Of a stretch of 64,000 nt of DNA, positions 1-10,400 are shown in pieces. Position 1 is the stretch's first letter. Each line of letters opens with the position of its first letter. The notes beneath the pieces are model-generated. The model saw only the letters and a program-made list of their open reading frames with translations, searched no databases and was not told where the DNA came from. The DNA is from Chloroflexota bacterium. Its GTDB lineage: Bacteria; Chloroflexota; Limnocylindria; Limnocylindrales; CSP1-4. The DNA lies in the NCBI GenBank assembly GCA_016781485.1, contig JADDQH010000002.1, positions 4,783-68,782 on the forward strand. The letters are read 5' to 3'. A program made the position numbers and the translations under genes.

Positions 1-1860
1 GGGGTCCATACCGTTCGACAGCTCGTCGATATCGAGAACACGGACCCGCGGCGTGGCTTCGGGCACGAGAAGGTCCTGACCAGGATCGCCCTCAACGAGG
101 CGGCGGAGGAGCTCGTCAGGAAGCAGGGCTTCTCCATGGACGACGTCCCTCCCCGGGGCACTTCGATCTCCCTTGCGATGACCGGGAACATGTCGACGGG
201 TGGCACATCGATCGACCGGACCGCCGAAGCGCATCCCGACAACGTCGAGATCGCGGAAACCGCAGCGCGGATCGTCGGGCTCGACGTGGCCGGGATCGAC
301 TTGATGGTCCCCGACATCTCGGTGCCGGTCGGGGAGCAGGGCGGCGCGATCGTGGAGGTGAATGCCGCGCCCGGGTTCCGGATGCACACGAACCCGACCG
401 AGGGCGAGCCGCAGTACGTCGCGAAACCCGTGCTCGACCTGCTCTTCCCGCCGGGCACCAACGCGCGCATCCCGATCGTCGGCGTGACGGGCACGAACGG
501 TAAGACGACGACCGTCCGGATGATCTCCCACATCCTGAAGTTGATGGGACGGCGCGTCGGGATGACGACGACGGACGGGATCGTGATAGACGGGCGACTG
601 ACGAAGAAGGGCGACATGTCGGGACCGAAATCCGCCCAGATGGTGCTCCAGAACCCCGTCGTCGACGCCGCGGTGTTCGAGGTGGCGCGCGGCGGGATCC
701 TGCGCGAGGGACTCGGCTACGACCGCAACGATGTGGCGGTGGTGACGAATGTCACCGGCGACCACCTGGGCCGCCAGGGCATCGAGACGCTCGAGCAGCT
801 GGCGGGCGTGAAGGGCGTCCTCGTCGAGGCGGTGCCACGGTCAGGCAGCGCGGTGCTGAATGCGGACGACCGGCTGGTGGCGCGGATGGCGCGCCACTGC
901 CGGGGACAGGTGATCTTCTTCTCGCTGGCGACGAGAAAGGGTCAGGAGGGTTTCGACCGCGTCGACGGGCATACGGGACGGGGAGGCGCGGCGATGGTCC
1001 TGCAGGAGACCGCCGACGGAGAACTCGTCGTGCTGCGCCACGGGCCCCGCACGATGCGGCTGCTGTACACGCATCTCATCCCCGCCACCTTCGGCGGGCG
1101 GGCCCGGATGAACGTGGCGAACGCGCTCGCAGCGGCGGCTGCGGCGTGGGCGTCCGGCGCGCACCTCCACGACATCCGACAGGGCCTCCGGACGTTCACC
1201 ACCTCGTTCTTCCAGGCCCCGGGGCGGATGAACGAGCTCGAGGCGAACGGCGTCAAGGTGATCATCGACTACTGCCATAACGTGGACGGGATGCGCCGGC
1301 TCACCGAGTTCGTCGAGCTGTCGATGGCAGCGGGGCGAGACGGCCGCGACGCCGAAGGGAGCGACGGGTACGGCGACGGCTACGTCGCGACCCAAGGCGA
1401 CGGAAGCGGCGATCGCAGCGCTGACGGTGGAGCCGACGGAGCAGGCGACCGAGGGCGCGGCGACGGACCGAGCGGGCGCGCGATCGCCGTCATCGGCATC
1501 CCCGGGGACCGGCGTGACGAGGATCAGCGGATGTACGGGGCCCTGGCCGCCGCGGCCTTCGACTCGATCTTCGTCCGCGAGGACGCGAACCTGCGGGGCC
1601 GCAAGCCGGGCGAGACCGCGGCGCGAGTGCTCGACGGGATCCGCGCGGCGCAGGGACGCGGCGCGCGTTGCCGAGAAGTGCAGGTCGTGCTGCCGGAGCT
1701 CGAAGCGGCCCGTGCCGCCCTCGCCGACGCGCGGCCCGGCGACTTCGTCGTCATCTGCGTCGACGACGCTGCCAGCGTCTACCGCGAGGTCATGTCGCGA
1801 CGCGGCGCGCGCGGTACGGCGATCGGCGCTCCAGGGGAGTTCGCGGTCCCGGAGGGTTAG
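1..1860 (+). CDS. cphA: Cyanophycin synthetase, C-terminal ~620 aa (5' end lies outside the window)
   Basis: Frame 1 is open from base 1 (GVHTVRQLVDIENTDPRRGFGHEKVL...). It shows an ATP-grasp tail (VEVNAAPGFRMHTNP), a Mur-ligase P-loop (VGVTGTNGKTTT) and IGIPGDRRDED. This ATP-grasp plus Mur-ligase order is diagnostic of CphA. Confidence 0.85.
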   Translation, partial: GVHTVRQLVDIENTDPRRGFGHEKVLTRIALNEAAEELVRKQGFSMDDVPPRGTSISLAMTGNMSTGGTSIDRTAEAHPDNVEIAETAARIVGLDVAGIDLMVPDISVPVGEQGGAIVEVNAAPGFRMHTNPTEGEPQYVAKPVLDLLFPPGTNARIPIVGVTGTNGKTTTVRMISHILKLMGRRVGMTTTDGIVIDGRLTKKGDMSGPKSAQMVLQNPVVDAAVFEVARGGILREGLGYDRNDVAVVTNVTGDHLGRQGIETLEQLAGVKGVLVEAVPRSGSAVLNADDRLVARMARHCRGQVIFFSLATRKGQEGFDRVDGHTGRGGAAMVLQETADGELVVLRHGPRTMRLLYTHLIPATFGGRARMNVANALAAAAAAWASGAHLHDIRQGLRTFTTSFFQAPGRMNELEANGVKVIIDYCHNVDGMRRLTEFVELSMAAGRDGRDAEGSDGYGDGYVATQGDGSGDRSADGGADGAGDRGRGDGPSGRAIAVIGIPGDRRDEDQRMYGALAAAAFDSIFVREDANLRGRKPGETAARVLDGIRAAQGRGARCREVQVVLPELEAARAALADARPGDFVVICVDDAASVYREVMSRRGARGTAIGAPGEFAVPEG

Positions 1861-1926
1861 CGACCGAAGACCACGCACGACGGCCGTGCCTGGGACTCGA
1901 GGAACCAGTGATTTCGTCGTCCTTCT

Positions 1927-3738
1927 TCAGACGGCTTCCGCGCCGGATCGCGCCACCTGGATGGAGCCGGGCCGAAGTACGTCGCTGAGGCCGTCGGCGT
2001 CGAGCGGTTCCGCACCCAGCTCGGCCAGCGCCGCGACGACGCCTTCCCGGTCGGCCTGGCACATGAGGAAGATCACGCCTCGCTCACGCGCGTCGTGCGG
2101 CTGGCCGTCGCCGGCGATCACCCCCCGCAGTGCGGCCACCTCGTCCGGATACAGCGGGACATCTGACGGCCGCGCTCCCTCCTCTGCCATCCCTGCGAGC
2201 AGCTCGCCCACGATGTGCTCCGGCGTCCGACCTCGTAGGTACTTGCGGGTCTCCTTGATGACGAGGTGATCGGCCCCTCGCGCCGCACTCCGTCCGACGC
2301 CCCGAAGCGCGTCGTCCGGCCGGTCGCCCGCCGTTCCGATGATGGCTGTGATCGGGCGAGCGCCCGGCCGTCCCTTACCGGCGACGCCTTTGGCGACCTC
2401 GAGCATGGCCGCCACGCCCGCCTCGTTGTGCGCGAAGTCGACGATGACCACGCGATCGCCGAGCCGGTACAGATTCATCCGCCCGAACGCCTGGTCGCTC
2501 GAGGGCCGGAAGTCGCGCAGTCCGGCGGCTACCTGCTCGATCGTGGCGCCGAACGCCCGCGCGCCGCCGGCCGCCGCGAGTGCATTCGCGACATTGTGTC
2601 TGGCCAGCCCGAGGAGCGTCGCAGGCACATCCCGGACATCGATGATCGGACGTCGCTCGTCGCCCTCCGCCTCCACGATCCAGCCGTCCTCGAGCAGCAC
2701 TGCGGACCGGCCTCGCGAGAGGTGCCGTCGGATCCTTCTCGACCCTGGGTCGAGCGAGAAGAAGCAGACGCGCGCCCGGACGTGCCGCGCGACGGCGGCG
2801 ACGAGCGGGTCGTCGGCGTTCAGAACGACGGTCCCGGTCGGGCGGGTGACCCGGCAGATGACCGACTTGACCTCGGCAAGCTCGGGGAGCGTGTGGATGC
2901 CGAGGAGGTCGAGATGGTCTGCGCTGACGTTCGTGAACACCGAGGCGTCGTTCGACTGGTACGCGAGGCCCTTCAGGACGATCCCGCCCCGTGCGGTCTC
3001 GAGCACGGCGATCTCGACGTCAGGACGTCTGAGGACGGAGCGCGCGCCGTACGGTCCGGTCAGGTCACCCTGCTCCACGAACTGCTCGTCGATGAGCACG
3101 CCGTCGGACATCGTGGTGCCCGTGCGACGCCCTGCGATCCGGAAGATCCTCGTGATCATGCGCGTCGTCGTGCTCTTGCCGTTCGTCCCCGTGATGCTGA
3201 CCGTCGGGATCCGCCGCTGGTCGTCCGTGATCCAGGGGGGAGGTGTGCTCGCAGCCGACTCGATCGCGGCGAGGGTGCGGGGAAGTCGGCGCCGAGAGGG
3301 AGCGTCCCTGCCAGGGGGCGCAAGGACGGCCGGATCCTCGTCCGCGTCCGTAAGCCGGAAGGCCGCGTTGGCGATCGCTTCCGCACGCTCTCGCTGCCGC
3401 CACGGGAAGGTGACGATCCAATGCCCGGGCTCGCTGCTCCGATGGATCGTCACCGGAAGGCGACGGCGCGGACGGCCGTCCGGGGCAGGCTCGGCGAGGA
3501 CGGGGGCGTCGCTGCCCGTCAGCTCGTGGAGTCGTGCCACCCACCGCGCCAGCGTCACGACACTCTCCGGCGCGCGACTCGCGGGGACGGGCGCCCGCAG
3601 CTGGACGATCGCGTAACGTCCCGGCATGCGCTGGCCGTACCAGCTCCGGCGTCGCCCGACGGCGACCTCGATCTTGATCGTCGGCTCGAGGCGGTAGATG
3701 TTGGGGCCGTCGAGGACCCGAAGCTCGACCAGACGCAC
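1927..3738 (-). CDS. CphA N-domain-like plus Mur-ligase (M-domain) protein without an ATP-grasp domain
   Basis: 603-aa ORF. The N-terminus (MRLVELRVLDGPNIYRLEPTIKIEV) resembles the cyanophycin synthetase N-domain. It is followed by the Mur-ligase P-loop SITGTNGKSTTTRMI and IGTAGDRPDD. No ATP-grasp segment lies between them. Confidence 0.75.
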   Translation of the reverse strand: MRLVELRVLDGPNIYRLEPTIKIEVAVGRRRSWYGQRMPGRYAIVQLRAPVPASRAPESVVTLARWVARLHELTGSDAPVLAEPAPDGRPRRRLPVTIHRSSEPGHWIVTFPWRQRERAEAIANAAFRLTDADEDPAVLAPPGRDAPSRRRLPRTLAAIESAASTPPPWITDDQRRIPTVSITGTNGKSTTTRMITRIFRIAGRRTGTTMSDGVLIDEQFVEQGDLTGPYGARSVLRRPDVEIAVLETARGGIVLKGLAYQSNDASVFTNVSADHLDLLGIHTLPELAEVKSVICRVTRPTGTVVLNADDPLVAAVARHVRARVCFFSLDPGSRRIRRHLSRGRSAVLLEDGWIVEAEGDERRPIIDVRDVPATLLGLARHNVANALAAAGGARAFGATIEQVAAGLRDFRPSSDQAFGRMNLYRLGDRVVIVDFAHNEAGVAAMLEVAKGVAGKGRPGARPITAIIGTAGDRPDDALRGVGRSAARGADHLVIKETRKYLRGRTPEHIVGELLAGMAEEGARPSDVPLYPDEVAALRGVIAGDGQPHDARERGVIFLMCQADREGVVAALAELGAEPLDADGLSDVLRPGSIQVARSGAEAV

Positions 3739-3801
3739 GGTCGCCCGAGTATAGGCAAGGGCGTCAGCGTGGAGCGCGACCCAGCACTAGACTCCGACCC
3801 G

Positions 3802-5130
3802 ATGCTGCGCGAAGGGACAGCCGAACGGGTCAGCGACCATGAGCTCGAGGCGTTGCGAGCGTCACTCCAGCCGCGGCTCCCGGACTTTCTCGAGGACCTC
3901 GCGACTCTCGTGCAGATCGACTCCGGGAGCTACACGAAGGAGGGCGTCGACCGGATCGGCCGCTGGATGTCTTCCGCTCTAGAGCGGATCGGCGCCCGGG
4001 TCGACCACCTCCGGAACGTGGATCTCGGAGACACCGTCGTGGCGACGTTCGAGGACGCAGACACCGACGGGGTCCTGGCCACGCGAGGACGGAGCCCGGC
4101 TCCGAGCAGTGACGCCGGGGACGCGGCGGGTCCGTCGCCCTCGCAACGCGGGCTTCGGCTCCTTCTCATCGGCCACATGGACACCGTCTTCGATGCAGGG
4201 ACGACGCTCGAGCGCCCGTTTCGGGTGACGGCGGGGCGGGCCTACGGTCCTGGTGTCGCGGACATGAAGTGCGGGCTGCTCGCCGGGCTCTACGCGCTCT
4301 CGGCCCTGCGCGACGTCGTGATGCCCGAAGAAGACTCCGGTGACGGCTCGCTCCCGTTCGAGCGGATCGTCTTCATCCTCAACCCGGACGAAGAGATCGG
4401 CTCACCGGTCTCGACAGCCGTGATCCGGGAGGCGGCGCTCGCGAGCGACGTCGTGCTCGTCCTCGAGTCCGCGCGCGCGAGCGGCGACATCGTCAGCTCA
4501 CGGAAGGGGATCGTCGACCTCCGGGTCACCGTCCGGGGCCACGCGGCGCACGCCGGCGTGGAGCCGCAGAAGGGACGGCACGCGATCCTGGAAGCCGCGC
4601 ACAAGACGATCGCGCTCCAGGCGCTCAACGGACGCTGGCCGGGGGTGACGTGCAACGTGGGGGTCGTGCGCGGTGGGACGCGCCCGAACGTCGTGCCGGA
4701 CGAGGTCGTGCTCGAGATCGACCTCCGCGCGCCGAGTCGCGCCCACCTCGAGGCAGCCGAGGCGGCGATCGCGTCCATCTGCGCCCACTCCACCGTCCCT
4801 GACGTGACCGCCGAGCTCGACGAGCTCGCGCGTCACTGGCCGATGGAGAAGCGTGAGGGGACGGCGCGGCTCGCCTCCCACGCGCAGGCGCTCGCGGTCC
4901 GGCTCGGGTTCACGGTCACGGACGTCGCGACCGGCGGCGCGTCGGACGCGAACACGACGGCCGGCCTCGGCGTCCCGACGCTCGATGGCCTCGGCCCGAT
5001 CGGCGGCCTCGGCCACTCGCCGGATGAGTACCTCGAGGTCGATTCCATCGTCCCGCGCGTGACCCTCCTGGCCGCGCTCATGCTCGCGATCTCGCGCGAC
5101 GACTCGGTGGCGGCGCTGTCGGCCACCTGA
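3802..5130 (+). CDS. M20 family metallopeptidase (glutamate carboxypeptidase-like)
   Basis: This is the C-terminal part of the 954-aa track ORF. Motifs are LLLIGHMDTV, NPDEEIGSP and GGASDAN. An alternative GTG start lies at 3769. The upstream part of the track ORF is antisense to the Mur-ligase gene. Confidence 0.8.
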   Translation: MLREGTAERVSDHELEALRASLQPRLPDFLEDLATLVQIDSGSYTKEGVDRIGRWMSSALERIGARVDHLRNVDLGDTVVATFEDADTDGVLATRGRSPAPSSDAGDAAGPSPSQRGLRLLLIGHMDTVFDAGTTLERPFRVTAGRAYGPGVADMKCGLLAGLYALSALRDVVMPEEDSGDGSLPFERIVFILNPDEEIGSPVSTAVIREAALASDVVLVLESARASGDIVSSRKGIVDLRVTVRGHAAHAGVEPQKGRHAILEAAHKTIALQALNGRWPGVTCNVGVVRGGTRPNVVPDEVVLEIDLRAPSRAHLEAAEAAIASICAHSTVPDVTAELDELARHWPMEKREGTARLASHAQALAVRLGFTVTDVATGGASDANTTAGLGVPTLDGLGPIGGLGHSPDEYLEVDSIVPRVTLLAALMLAISRDDSVAALSAT

Positions 5131-5241
5131 CGGCCCTGGCGCCACCGTCGCGGATCAGACAGCATCGTCTTTCCTTGGCGGACGCCGCTACCCTGGCCGG
5201 CGACTAGAGCGGCAGCCGCTAGCGGGTGGGTCGCTGCGGTG

Positions 5242-5520
5242 TCAGCGCAGGAACGTCTTCCCGCAGGTATCGCAGACGGTGTAGACCGCGTGCCGCTCCC
5301 TGGCGTGTCCTGCGGCATGGAGCCTCCCGCTGAAATCACCGACCGGGCACACGTACACCCACCAGCGCTGGTTCGACGCGGACGGTTCGAGCGGCGTCGC
5401 TTCCGTTGCCACCGTGTCGCGCAGCCCTTCGAACTTCTCGAACGCCGCCTGGACGGCAGCGGCCCGCTCCGTCTCGGTCTCGCTGGAGTAGGGATAGTTC
5501 TGACCGACGTTCGAGCTCAC
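5242..5520 (-). CDS. Hypothetical small protein with a Cys/His cluster (CPVG...H..H...CDTCGK)
   Basis: 92 codons with a GTG start and very high third-position GC. It lies 212 nt downstream of ggt on the same strand. I do not recognise the family. Confidence 0.4.
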   Translation of the reverse strand: MSSNVGQNYPYSSETETERAAAVQAAFEKFEGLRDTVATEATPLEPSASNQRWWVYVCPVGDFSGRLHAAGHARERHAVYTVCDTCGKTFLR

Positions 5521-5732
5521 GTTCCCTTAGGGCAGCTGGGGCAGCGCTCGCCGAGGGCGAAGCGAGCTGGGTCGATGAGGGGGGTTGGCCAGCCGCGGAG
5601 GTCGTGAGCGCGGCGCGACCGGCCGCCGCGAAGTATACCGATACGCGCAAGCGTGCTCGGCTGTGCGCGCGCGTCGCCCACGTGCCACCTGTGAGTGCCG
5701 CTCGAGGTCGAGGCCGTGGTCACTCCGACCCT

Positions 5733-7388
5733 CTACCACCCGGCAGGGAGCCCCTCTGATCGCGGGTCCGTCGCTGCCGCGAACGACGTCGATGCGCCGT
5801 CAGGGACGATCTCGATCGCGTGTGCGTGCCCGAACCCCGAGTCGAACGCGCCTCCCCACTCGATCCGGTGTCCGCGTGAAGCGAGATCGCGTGCGAGGGC
5901 ATCGCGCATCCGCCGCTCGAGGTGCGTGACCACGGGCGGCCCGTGGTGCTCCTCTACATCAGCCGCCCAGCGCGGCAGCGCGAGTGCCGAAGCGATATCG
6001 AGGCCCCCATCGACGACGGCCGAGACGAACTGGGCGAAGACCTGCGGCTGGATCTCGCCCCCCATCGAGCCGTGGACGATCCAGGGCTGCCCGTCGCGGA
6101 ACAGCATCCCGGGCGTCAGCGTGTGCATGGTCCGCTTGTGTGGTGCCAGGGCGTTCCGATGCGACGGGTCCAGGACGAAGAACGCGCCCCGGTTCTGGTA
6201 CGCGATCCCGGTCCGCGCGTCGACGAGCCCGGACCCGAACCCGGCGTAGTTCGACTCGATGAGGCTTACCGCGCCGCCCCATCGGTCCGTCGTGGCGAGG
6301 TAGACCGTGCCGCCGCCGGCGGGGAGCGGCGACGGTCGGGCTGGCAGGACCCGCTCGGGATCGAGCCGAGACGCAAGCTCTGCGCCGTGCCGGGCCGCGA
6401 GGAGCAGCTCCAGTGCGCCGGCTTCCATGGAGTCCGGGTCCGTCAGGTACGTGTCGCGGTCGGCCATACACAGCCGTGCCGCCTCCAGCGCGAGGTGGAC
6501 CCAGCGCGCTTCGTCGATGCCTGCGGGTCCGAATGCCCCGGGCGGCGGCGGCTCGAACCGTGCGAGCACGTTGAGCAGCTCCAGCGCGACGGGGCCTGAG
6601 CTGTTGGGCGCGTGGCTCGTCGCCCGAAGACCCCGGTAGTCGGTCGCGACCGGCTCCGTCCAGTCCGAGCTGTGGCGTGCGAGATCCTCGGCGTCCAGCG
6701 GCGAGCCGCGCGACCGGAGGTACTCGACGGCCTGCGTCGCGAGCTGTCCCCGATACGCGTCGTCGGCGCCCTCCCCGGCGAGCCGTTCCAGTGTCGCCCC
6801 GAGCCCACGGAGCTCGACCCGTTCTCCTGGCACCCACGAACGTCCGTGCGGACGGAACACCGCTGCCCAGTCCGACTCGGTGCCATACGTCCCCGCGGCA
6901 CGCTCGACGCTGCGGATCCAGCCGTCGCTCGCAGGGAAGCCGCGCGCGAGCTCGATCGCAGGAGCGAGGAGGTCCGGCCACGGGAGTCGGCCGAACCGAA
7001 CGTGGGCGTCGCCCCAGGAGCGGATGGCGCCCGGGACGGTGACCGTCCACGGGCCGCGGAGAGGCATCCGTTCCAGCCCGCGCGCCGTCGCGGCGTCGAT
7101 CGTCGCGTTGCGAGACGCCCTTCCGCTGCCGTTCAGTCCGTGGAGGCGGCGCCCGTCCCAGATGAGCCAGAAGGCGTCACCGCCGAGCCCGCACATGTAG
7201 CTCGACACGACCGAGAGCGCGACGTTCGTTGCGATGGCCGCATCTACCGCGTTCCCGCCTGCTCTCAGGATGCCGAGCCCTGCTTGGCTGGCGAGGTGGT
7301 GAGGGCTCACGACCGCGCCACGCAGACCCCGCGCGAGCAGCGGTGGTACGAGAGGAGGAGCTGGGGTGCGGGAGTCTGCCTGAGCCAT
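5733..7388 (-). CDS. ggt: Gamma-glutamyltranspeptidase
   Basis: 551 aa with GGDAFWLIWDG, an autoprocessing/nucleophile region (GGGTVYLATTD), HTLTPGM and GSMGG. Confidence 0.85.
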   Translation of the reverse strand: MAQADSRTPAPPLVPPLLARGLRGAVVSPHHLASQAGLGILRAGGNAVDAAIATNVALSVVSSYMCGLGGDAFWLIWDGRRLHGLNGSGRASRNATIDAATARGLERMPLRGPWTVTVPGAIRSWGDAHVRFGRLPWPDLLAPAIELARGFPASDGWIRSVERAAGTYGTESDWAAVFRPHGRSWVPGERVELRGLGATLERLAGEGADDAYRGQLATQAVEYLRSRGSPLDAEDLARHSSDWTEPVATDYRGLRATSHAPNSSGPVALELLNVLARFEPPPPGAFGPAGIDEARWVHLALEAARLCMADRDTYLTDPDSMEAGALELLLAARHGAELASRLDPERVLPARPSPLPAGGGTVYLATTDRWGGAVSLIESNYAGFGSGLVDARTGIAYQNRGAFFVLDPSHRNALAPHKRTMHTLTPGMLFRDGQPWIVHGSMGGEIQPQVFAQFVSAVVDGGLDIASALALPRWAADVEEHHGPPVVTHLERRMRDALARDLASRGHRIEWGGAFDSGFGHAHAIEIVPDGASTSFAAATDPRSEGLPAGW

Positions 7389-7423
7389 CGCGTCGAGCGT
7401 AACGGACGAGGCGACGGCCGTTG

Positions 7424-10400
7424 TCAGGACGCGACGGCGGCTTCCGCAGCTGCAGCTGCCTGTACGACCGTTGATGGACTCGCGGTCTCAGGGCCCTGAT
7501 CCTCGTCGTCCGCGAGGTTCGGCGCCAGCCACCGCGCAGCCTCCTGGAGCGGCCACCCCTTCCGGCGGGCGTAGTCCTCCAACTGGTCGCGGCCTATCCG
7601 CCCCAGTCCGAAGTAGCGGGCCTGCGGATGCCAGAAGTACACGCCGCTCACGGACGAGGCCGGGAGCATGGCCATGGACTCGGTGAGGCAGATGCCGGCA
7701 CGGCGCTCCGCATCGAGGAGGTCGAAGAGGGTCCGCTTCTCGGTGTGGTCGGGACACGCGGGGTATCCCGGCGCTGGTCGGATCCCCTGGTACGACTCTG
7801 CGATCAGAGCCGCATTGTCCAGTGCCTCGTCGGGGGCATAGCCCCACAGCTCGCGGCGGACGAGCTCGTGGAGCCGCTCCGCGAACGCTTCCGCGAGGCG
7901 GTCGGCGAGGGAAGTCACGAGGATCGCGTCGTAGTCGTTCTTCTGCGCGAGGAACTCGTCCTTGATCTGCTCCAGCCCCAGCCCCGCGGTCACTGCGAAG
8001 GCGCCGATGAAGTCCTTCACGCCGCAGCCGATCGGTGCGGTGTAGTCGGCCAGCGCGACGTTCGGCCGACCCTGCGGCTTCGCCATCTGCTGCCGCAGCG
8101 TGTGGAGGCGCGTCAGGACGCGTGTCCGCGCCTCGTCCTCGTAGATCTCGATGTCATCGTCCGGGGTCGACGCCGCGGGCCAGAACCCGACGACGCCGTT
8201 CGCGCGCAGCAGCCGCTCGTCGACGACGCGCTCGAGGAGCGCCTGCGCGTCCGCGAACAGCGAGCGGGCTGCCTGGCCGACGCGCGGGTCGTCCAGGATC
8301 TCCGGGTATCGCCCACTGAGCTCCCACGTCGAAAAGAACGGCGTCCAGTCGATCCGGTCGATGAGCTCCGTGAGCGGGTGGTCCTCGAGCGTCCGCACAC
8401 CCAGGAACGACGGACGAGGTGGCGCCGTCGCCTCCCAGTCGATCCGTACGCGGTTCCTCCGGGCCTCCTCGATCGTCAGCCGCCGGATCCTGCTGTCGCG
8501 ATCCGCGTGCTGTCGGCGCACTTGGGCGTATTCCGCCCGTGTCCGCTCCAGGAACGCATCCCGCTGGGCCGGGTCGAGAAGCGCGCCGGCGACGCCGACC
8601 GCCCGGGATGCGTCCACGACGTGCACGACGGGTCCGCTGTAACAGGGCTCGATCCGGACGGCGGTGTGAGCGCGGGACGTGGTCGCGCCGCCGATGAGGA
8701 GCGGGACCGTGAACTCCTCGCGCTCCATCTCCATCGCCACCGTCCGCATCTCCTCGAGCGAGGGCGTGATGAGGCCCGAGAGACCGATGACATCGGCTCG
8801 CTCCTGCCGGGCCGTCTCGAGGATCTTCGGCCACGGCACCATGACGCCCAGGTCGATCACCTCGTACCCGTTACACGCGAGCACGACCCCGACGATGTTC
8901 TTGCCGATGTCATGGACATCGCCCTTGACCGTCGCCATCACGACGCGCCCCGCCGACCGTCGCCCGCTCCCGTCTACACGCTCGTCGGCGTTCTTCTCGG
9001 CTTCGATGTACGGGATGAGGTGCGCGACCGCCTGCTTCATCACACGCGCGCTCTTCACGACCTGCGGCAAGAACATCCGCCCGCTGCCGAACAGGTCCCC
9101 GACCACGTCCATCCCCGCCATCAGCGGTCCCTCGATGACATGGATGGGTCGAGCAGAGGCGATCCGCGCTTCTTCCGTGTCCTCGATGATCCAGTCGGCG
9201 ATCCCCTCCACGAGCGCATGCTTCAGCCGCTCTTCGACGGGCGCGTTCCGCCACGACAGATCGGGACCGGAGGCCGAGACGCCCCGCCCCTGCACGGATG
9301 CCGCGATCTCGAGCAGTCGTTCGGTCGCGTCGGGACGGCGGTTCAACACGAGGTCCTCGACACGCTCCCGTAGGTCCGGGGGGATGTCGTCGTAGACGGG
9401 CAGGGCGCCTGCGTTGACGATGCCCATGTCCATGCCTGCGGCGATCGCGTGGTAGAGGAACACCGTATGGATGGCCTCTCGAACCGGGTCGTTGCCGCGG
9501 AACGAGAAGGAGACATTCGAGACGCCGCCGCTGACGAGCACGCCCGGCAACTCCGCCTTGATCCGCCGCGTCGCCTCGATGTACGCGACGGCGTAACCGG
9601 CGTGCTCCTCGATCCCGGTCCCGATCGCGAAGATGTTGGGGTCGAAGATGATGTCTTCGGGGTCGAAGCCGGCCTGCTCGGTCAGCAGCCGGTGCGCGCG
9701 GCGGCAGATGGCGAGCCGCCGTTCGACGGTGTCAGCCTGGCCCTCCTCGTCGAACGCCATCACGACCACCGCGGCCCCGTAGCGCCGCGCGAGACGCGCG
9801 TGGTGCAGGAACTCCGCCTCGCCCTCCTTGAGGCTCACCGAGTTCACCACCGGCCGCCCCTGGACGCACTTGAGACCGGCCTCGATGACGGACCATTTCG
9901 AGGAGTCGACCATGAGCGGCACGCGCCCGATGTCCGGCTCGGCCGCGAGCAGGTTCAGGAACCGTGTCATGGCCGCCTCCGAGTCGAGGAGGGCCTCGTC
10001 CATGTTCACGTCGATCATCTGGGCGCCGTTCTCGACCTGCTGCCGAGCGACCTCGACCGCTTCCGGAAACCGCCCGTCGAGGATCAGCTTCGCGAACCGA
10101 CGCGATCCGGTCACGTTCGTCCGCTCGCCCACGTTGACGAACAGCGTGTCGGGCCCGATGTCGAGCGGCTCGAGCCCCGAGAGCCGCGTCCGGCGCTCGA
10201 TGCTCGGTACCTTCCGAGGCTGCCTGCCCGCTACGGCGCGAGCGATCGCGCGGACGTGGTCGGGCGTCGTGCCGCAGCAGCCGCCGACGATGTTCAGCGC
10301 CCCCTCGGCGGCGAGCTCGCCGAGCACTCCCGAGGTCTCCGCAGGGGGCTCGTCGTAGCCGCCGAACGCGTTGGGCAACCCCGCGTTCGGGTACGCGCTG

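Noticed and set aside
2266-3768. The N-terminal ~500 codons of the 954-aa + strand track ORF.
   Set aside because: This region is antisense to the well-supported Mur-ligase-like gene (1927-3738) and shows Arg/Pro/Asp-rich shadow-ORF composition. Only the part from about 3802 onward shows M20 peptidase motifs.
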